DNA of 58,256 bases, filler included, from Platydemus manokwari (taxonomy: Eukaryota), in NCBI GenBank assembly GCA_037951405.1. It is 4 parts of 4 records of this genome, joined end to end, with 100 filler letters (N's around TTAATTAATTAA, not from the genome) between each part and the next. Parts side by side here need not be neighbours in the genome. Positions count along the whole stretch, not along the records: positions 37,656 to 58,256 come from JBBMOY011511413.1; 3 more parts are not named here. The stretch is one strand, 5' to 3'. Position 1 is the stretch's first letter, and each line of letters opens with the position of its first letter. The position numbers were made by a program, and so were the translations under genes. Of this stretch, positions 51,430 to 58,256 are shown in pieces. The notes under the pieces were generated by a model that made no database searches, was not told the origin of the DNA, and saw only the letters and a program-made list of their open reading frames with translations.

Positions 51430-51720
51430 ACTCTGGTATCTCACTTCTAATAAAAGCTTGGATGTAGAGCTGAATATAGTCATTTGAATTAAACTTCAAC
51501 AAGCTTCTTCAAGTATGCTTCCTGAGCATACAACTCTATGACATAGGTTTGTTAAGTAAATCAACTTATGAAATCGTTTCGGAAATTTCTAACTGGCTAT
51601 TCCAAATAGTTTCTATGCTGGGCAAATTGTGATTGTCGCAGGACTATTAATATGTTTCATGAATTGCTCAATTTTATTGTTTATTATTTTTAAAAATGAG
51701 GGTTTCATTGTTCGGCATTT
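51430..51720 (-). mobile_element. Possible hAT transposase remnant
   Basis: ETIWNSQLEI resembles the hAT TRWNS motif. Frames are broken. Confidence 0.25.
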
Positions 51721-53113
51721 TATTGAATTCATTGTATTTTTGCATATGGATTTCAGGTAATAAGGATCATTCATTTAGATTATCAAGTTGATTATTCACT
51801 AAATTTTGTAGATTTTATTTTATTTTTATTTTTATTTTCACTTAAATTTACCAGGTTAACAGTAACAAGATTTGTCATCACTTGTTCATTAAAGTCAAAT
51901 TCTCAAAACTGTCTTAAAATGTATCACTACAGGGAGTTAGCAGTCCCCTTTATGTTAGGTTTCTATTTGATTGATGAATTTACTTTTCAACTATAACTCT
52001 TTGCATCACTGACTTACAAAAATAATTCTAGCATATAATAGATGATTCCTTGTTATCACGTCGATTTACCGTTGATAGAGTCAATAAAATTGAAATAATT
52101 GTTGAGATCATACCAACTTGAATAATACAAAAGCATACGTGAAAATAACTAAGCTAGTATAAGAACCTTTTGATGATAAATATAAATTTTGGTTCTTTAT
52201 TACTTGGCTTTATGCAAATTTTTTTGTTTATTTGAATTGCGTTTTGTCACCATAATTGTTTATGACATGTATTTATTTCTGACAATTTCACAATGGTTTC
52301 TTTTAAATATACTTGCTTTGTTTTTCTTAAACTCGCAGGTTTTGTTAACAGTCCTGTGCGTATCTTTCTTAAAGTCCTTGTTATTTTTTAACAAAATTTT
52401 AATTTTGAAAATTTCTTTTACAATTTCTTATTCATAAAAAATTTGTGTTTATATTTTTATTATTTTAAAGATGTACTTATTCCACAATTTATAATATAGG
52501 AATATAACTCTTGTTCAAGGTGAAGAGATCATAGCTGTATAAACTCATTTTATTAGGAATGTAAATAAACTTGTTAGGTTCGGGCTTTATTGAATTTATT
52601 GTTTTATTAAGCTTAATCTTATTCTATATCACTCTTTTTTTAATCAGTCTCTATGAGCTCTTGAGTAAGGTCACAGGTATAATCTACGTAATTTTGTTGT
52701 TCCTTCACCTCGCACAACCTTATTATATGAAGACAATAGGTGTGGCAATAGTTATATACTTTAATTAACTTAATTATCAGTATCAAATTATTTAAACCTA
52801 TTAAAACTATTAACTATGCTAAAAACAATGATTACAAATAATGACTTTATGACCCCTATATGATTACGAAAAAACTAACACTTGCGATTACAAATATTTA
52901 TTAACAATTAACACCAATACAAAACTGATTAACAATAATAAAATAAAAATAACAAATTGATTTCAAAACTCTCTTATACGTCAACTTATGACGAACTTTA
53001 ATAACTCTTGGATAAAGATGGGTAAAACCGATTACCTTTTCAAATTATTTGAGCAACAAATCGATAATAAGAGATAAACGATATAATATATAATACGAAT
53101 CAGTATTTTACAC

Positions 53114-53318
53114 CAGGGGTCTCCAAAGTACGGCCCGCCAAGCTTACTATGAAACACACGAACATTATGACAAAAATCTTGCCACAGGTCACGGTTGTCT
53201 GATGAACATTTAAATGACTTATCAATGATTTCAACTACTCATTTTGAACCACAATTTTTGTAAACCTATCATAGTTTTGGCCCTCCAAATTTTAAAATAG
53301 TCAGTTTGGAGACTCCTC
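53114..53318. mobile_element. Non-autonomous hAT (Charlie-like) MITE, 205 bp
   Basis: TIRs CAGGGGTCTCCAAAGT and AGTTTGGAGACTCCTC match 13/16. There is a perfect 8-bp target-site duplication TTTTACAC (53106-53113 and 53319-53326). Confidence 0.9.
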
Positions 53319-53333
53319 TTTTACACGAATGGA

Positions 53334-53636
53334 TCTTACAATGAGGTCTTCCAATAAAATACTGGGTATTTAGGGAATACTACACTAGACGATCTTCTAC
53401 TGTTCGTTGATTGAATTTCAAAATGATGTGTATCTCCCAATTGGTGTGGCGTCTTAGCAAATGTGGAATTGTGGTTGAGTCAATGTTAATTGTTACTGCT
53501 GCCTTATATAGGCACCGTGAATCACTCGCAGATATTCTCTGCGATTAAATCTAATGCTAATGAATTTATTATTTTCGCTGGAATTTATTCTCTGGTGAGA
53601 GAAATTCTCTGAATAAATTTATTTTATTCCGTAACA
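53334..53636 (-). repeat. Candidate solo LTR
   Basis: On the minus strand it starts TGTTAC, ends GTAAGA (one mismatch from GTAACA) and contains CTATATAAGG and an internal palindrome. No clear target-site duplication. Confidence 0.4.
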
Positions 53637-55299
53637 GAATTTACATGCACCATAATAGATTGCAATTTATTTGTCGCTGTTATAGCGTGATATCTTATTT
53701 CGTATTAATATTTTATTGATCTAGTTAGGTTTAATTATTTTACGTATATATAAATAATTATTATTATAAATATCAATATTTCAAGTTGTTTTTCACTCAA
53801 GAATTCCGAGTTATTAAAATATAAAAATTCATAGTGATTAAACACCATAAAAATTAATACATATTTTATACCTATCGTCATGCATTGTTATAAAAATTTA
53901 TACAATGTTGTACATGATTTTTCAGTGTGAATTAAGTGTTTGGCCGTAACCCCAACAAACTTTACAATTTAAAACATCTGGGATAATCTTTAAATTATTT
54001 TATTGTTTATTAAGTCACTCTCAACGTTCATTGTATGGTTGTCTAAATACAGCTTTATATTAATTGTATTTATTTTTAATATTATTATTAATATTTTAAA
54101 CAATTAACATACAATACGAATAGGTTTATTTATTTAAAAATCAAATATTTCTATAAGCAACGAGCATTAAAATTTTGCATAAAATATGAAAAATAATAAC
54201 TAATTAGGCTAATATTTAAAAGAATTTCATTAAAATTCAGACTTTATAAAATCAAAAAACCCGAATGCTTAAGACTTTATTATTATAATTTATGGCTAAT
54301 CATAATTTATTCACTTGAACATAAAGTAACACATTTCAAGATAATCATATTGATAAACATCTTAATAAATATCTACGATTTCATTGAAATCTCAAGCATA
54401 TTACTCACTATAATCTGCTATAAACTGCGTTTCATGATTCAATTAGCACTCAATGATTCACCCTATAACAATATATTTTAAACAATAAACGTCCAATTAT
54501 GAACAATTATTGTGAAAAATTGTCTTGAATTGAAAAATCTACCAAATTATTTACAACACATACCATTGCAATATACTTGCTATAATATTGAAAAAAACTA
54601 CTTTTCGCTTGTCTAATCAAAAAATGGTATTTTTTCCTAATATCACACAGTATTATTATTATTATTTAAAAAATTATCTGGTAATGGATTAAAATCAATA
54701 TCAATCACTCGAATAATCCATCGCTACTTGAATAAAGCACAATATTTCCATTAAAATGATCAATATCTAAATGATATGATATATTCAAAAAATCACCACA
54801 TTTATCAAGCACCACAACAACATAATGGAAATATTTCAGTCATCAATATTTCAGTGCAAATCAATATTTATTATTTATTATTTGAAAAAAATGTTAAATA
54901 TCATTAAAAATGAAATATAATTAATAATCGAAAAATATAAATATATATCATTTCATTTGGGAAAAATGGAAAATTGGATTGCAAAAGATATTTTGATGCC
55001 CAACCAATCTTATTGAAACCACAAACATTATTAATCGATAATAGTAATAATACTTGATTATCATCAAATCAACGAAAAATATGCAATATTATACCGAAAT
55101 CAAATGTATAGCGACAGATATTATATCAATAGCAATAAACATAGACAATCTGAGACGCGTTATCGATATCGCTGTTCTCAGAGAGCAGCGTTGTATCAAA
55201 TGTCGAAAAAAACAAAGTAACAATGGTTATATAGGAACAGAACTAAGTATGAAATCAAAAATGATCGATAGAATGCTAACGTTCGATCGAGGGTTCTCA

Positions 55300-55676
55300 T
55301 TATTTAGATTTGTCTTTGGTTTTTCGGAAAGAAAACATTTCCTTTAGCTTCTTCTTCTTTTTCTTACCACCACCAGACTTTTGACCCTGGTTAAAGATTG
55401 AACGTGTTAAAATGTCGCCAAACAATGAAAGATAAACCACAACCAACCTCACGTTCAGTATCGTCATGACTCATATCAGCTCCACTGGTATCGGAACGAA
55501 TAACTTCTCCTTTGCTAGGAGAAAGAGTAACAACAGGAGCAGTCGTCGCTATAATGTGGAAAAAAACGTACAATATTGGAATTATCAAGGAAAATGACCA
55601 ATTAACTAACCCTCAGAAGGAACTACATGCACCTCCTGTTGATCTTGGTGAGAAATTTCACTTTTCTCTTCTTTCT
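55300..55676 (-). pseudogene. Three terminal exons with a basic MARCKS-like tail (adducin-like), one frameshift
   Basis: GT-AG spliced exons give EEKSEISHQDQQEVHVVPSE..LSPSKGEVIRSDTSGADMSHDDTERE-GQKSGGGKK, then in a shifted frame KKKLKEMFSFRKTKDKSK*. Compare adducin KKKKKFRTPSFLKK. Upstream exons were not found. Confidence 0.4.
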
Positions 55677-55808
55677 CTACAAGCAATAAAACATGCAACA
55701 ATAATCAATCGCAAAACTCTTTCATTCCAATAGTTACAGTCATAAATATATAGATTGTTTATAAAATGGGAAATCTCATTATGAAGTCTCATTTAAATAA
55801 ACTCAGGA

Positions 55809-55851
<43 letters not shown>
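55809..55851 (+). repeat. (AAT)n microsatellite
   Basis: Seen directly. Confidence 0.95.
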
Positions 55852-55853
<2 letters not shown>

Positions 55854-56376
55854 GTGAACGCTCTTTACTTTATTGTCTTCATTCGCTTTATTTTATCTTG
55901 ATCGACATAGGTTTTGGATGCATATTTCTCAATAATTTCCTTATTTTCCTTTAGCCTGCTAATTGTAGACTTGATAACTTTATATTCAGTACAAATTTCT
56001 TTTGCTTTCTCACCATTTTCAATTTCCTTCAAAATTGATAGTTTATTCTTCAGTGAAATAGAGCGTCTTTTTTCTTTGGGGTTCATTTTTAAGGGTAAAT
56101 TAAAAATATAAATATACTATAATATTAATTTATTTATTAACAAGTCAACAGATTTCAGATACATTTTCTTAATATGGCAGCTTAAAACACATAAATATTA
56201 AAACAACAATTATTCTACTATTTTTAAATTTATTAGCCATTGTCATATGAGTTTTTTTCCCAAAAGTATAAACGTAAGTCAACAATCTATATTCAAACAT
56301 GAAGTTGCTTATACAGAGCGATTTAACATAAAAAAAAGTTGCTTATGTAGAGGTTGCTTATATAGAGCGTTCACTG
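55852..56376 (-). mobile_element. Internally deleted Tigger/pogo DNA transposon encoding only the CENP-B-type N-terminal HTH
   Basis: TIRs are AAGTGAACGCTCT (55852) and AGAGCGTTCACTG (ending 56376), both flanked by TA. Three subterminal GTTGCTTATRYAGAG repeats are present. ORF 56086-55865 reads KRRSISLKNKLSILKEIENGEK..ICTEYKVIKSTISRLKENKEII. Confidence 0.9.
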
Positions 56377-58256
56377 TAATTGGAAACCTCGCACAAAATA
56401 TATTTATGATTTATTAATCAATCCAAATTCAATAATAATGGATTATCCAAAATAATATGACACCATCTTAGAATAAAATTTAACAAAATTTAAAACTAGT
56501 CATGTTGTTTAAATATTTATAACCATTAATAATTAAACCCTAATTAAAACTTAAATTAAGAATTCTCAATTAAAATATATTCAACTAATCTTATAAGTAC
56601 ATATGATTCTTATATTTACTAATTAATTCTTAATCAGAATTTAGGAAATTAATTTTATTAAATTCTTAACAAATTTATTCAAAAACTCCATTTTAATCGA
56701 CTCGCATAGCACCAATGAAAAACTGTTCATTCCATTTCAGATTTTGACTTTATCAGAAAAGAATAAAAATATTTCCATCTTGGACTAAACAAAATTAATC
56801 TGCTCACCTTGAATAAGATGCGACATCACAAATCGAATAATTGTGGTGTAGAATGTTAAGGAATTTTTTATAACTAAAAACAACATCATCGAAAATTACG
56901 TCTTTGTCGAATCCATTAATTGCGATTTCTAATATTTTCTAAAACAATTCTAATTGGTTATTTGTAATAACAACTTTTTACTGGAAACTTTGCTGTTGAA
57001 AAAGAAATACTGACTATGTTGCTTTCGAACTTCGTATCGGGGAAAATGGCGGTTTTTTCTGAAGCCTCTAATAATCCACTGTAAATAATTAATTGGGTTC
57101 TCGTTAAATATAATTTTAAAAAAGTCATGAACTAATTATAAAATACTTCAAACACGAAATCTATTTTTTACCATTTAAATCAGAAAATAAAGTATTGTTT
57201 ATTTAACCAACAAGTTAGAACTTTAACGCACTATCAATTTAAGAACTTTAAAAGAATTAAATTTATCTAGATGAAAAATGATAATAAAAAATCAATTTTC
57301 ATCACGAAATTCATTAATTGATTATTTTCCTATTATTGTGGAATATTTTCCTTATCTTCGGGAATTAACAATAAAAATTTGGTCAACTATCAAGGTGCTT
57401 TTTCGTACATGCTATGGGAATTTAACTTTTAATTTTAATTCGATTATTGGGGTGTCTGTTGATTTAGGTTTGTGCATTGATATTTGTGACTTGTTTAGTT
57501 TCTGATTGAATGGTGTGTATGTGTACATGATTGTGTTTTTGTATCTATGTTCATGTTTGTAAAGAATGGGGTTATTACTTATTAACCCTTTTCTCAACAT
57601 TTCAGGTCATGATAAAAATTATATCCTCTAATTTTATTAAAAAATATTTTTTAAGTTTTATCAGTCTTTTTATTTCATTGAATAAAATAGTTAACGAACA
57701 TAAGTTTTTATTGAACACACTTACGAAATATCACGTTTAAAAGCTTGATAAAAGTAATGTTTTAATTTTATTTATAATTATAATTAAATTCTTAGTCAAC
57801 CTAGGCAATAATAAACAATTTTAAAAATGTCAATCATTGCAAAGAGATTATTAAAAAAATTATCAAAAATTAGTAATTGAATCAAACATGTTTTGGGTTG
57901 GTTTTATCGATATTTATAGAATAAAATTATTCGTACTAATAACGGCTGAGTTTTTAGAAAGGCCTTATATAAATAATTGAAAAAATATTCTCTTGATGGA
58001 AGATACAATGTTCTTCTGTTTGAAGTTTTTGCGCTGGATATATTTAATTCATTTGATCCATAGCATTATTAATTTTCATAATTCGAAAACTGTTTTGGAG
58101 AATCGTAATTGATTACAAAATAAACCAAGTAAAATAAGAGAATAATAGATATATTAAGAACTTTAAGTAAATCTAACTTAAAATCAAGAACAGGGTCGGG
58201 GAAATAAGGAATATACAAAATGACATATAATAAAACAAAAACTTGAACATATAGAC

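Noticed and set aside
1-58256. tRNA or rRNA genes, and identification of the species
   Set aside because: No RNA gene was recognisable by eye. Composition and intron size point to a compact-intron invertebrate but do not identify the taxon.

Overview
This is AT-rich animal genomic DNA with short GT-AG introns (mostly about 25-75 nt). It consists of four contigs (1-11382, 11483-25159, 25260-37555, 37656-58256) joined by identical 100-nt spacers (44 N, TTAATTAATTAA, 44 N), so adjacency across the spacers is unproven. Host genes recognised by eye: a lesioned WASP-like gene (WH1 and VCA, no CRIB or poly-Pro region), nuclear-receptor ligand-binding-domain (LBD) exons, the Atg17-like region of RB1CC1/FIP200, an intact but divergent importin-alpha, and possible adducin-like 3' exons. 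The highlight is contig 3, a decayed Gypsy-type retroelement of about 11 kb on the minus strand with a large accessory load: CCHC gag, several ubiquitin-like domains, a SET-like remnant, a chuvirus-like glycoprotein placed upstream of pol, two more type I membrane proteins, an open 360-aa REX4/ISG20-like exonuclease ORF and a hairpin/E-box array. Next to it is a fragment resembling the N-terminus of the poxvirus RPO147 RNA polymerase, with a TAAATG start. Also present are a Polinton-type DNA polymerase B fragment, mariner, Tigger/pogo and hAT elements, and other retroelement ruins. All homology calls come from manual motif comparison; no database search was run.
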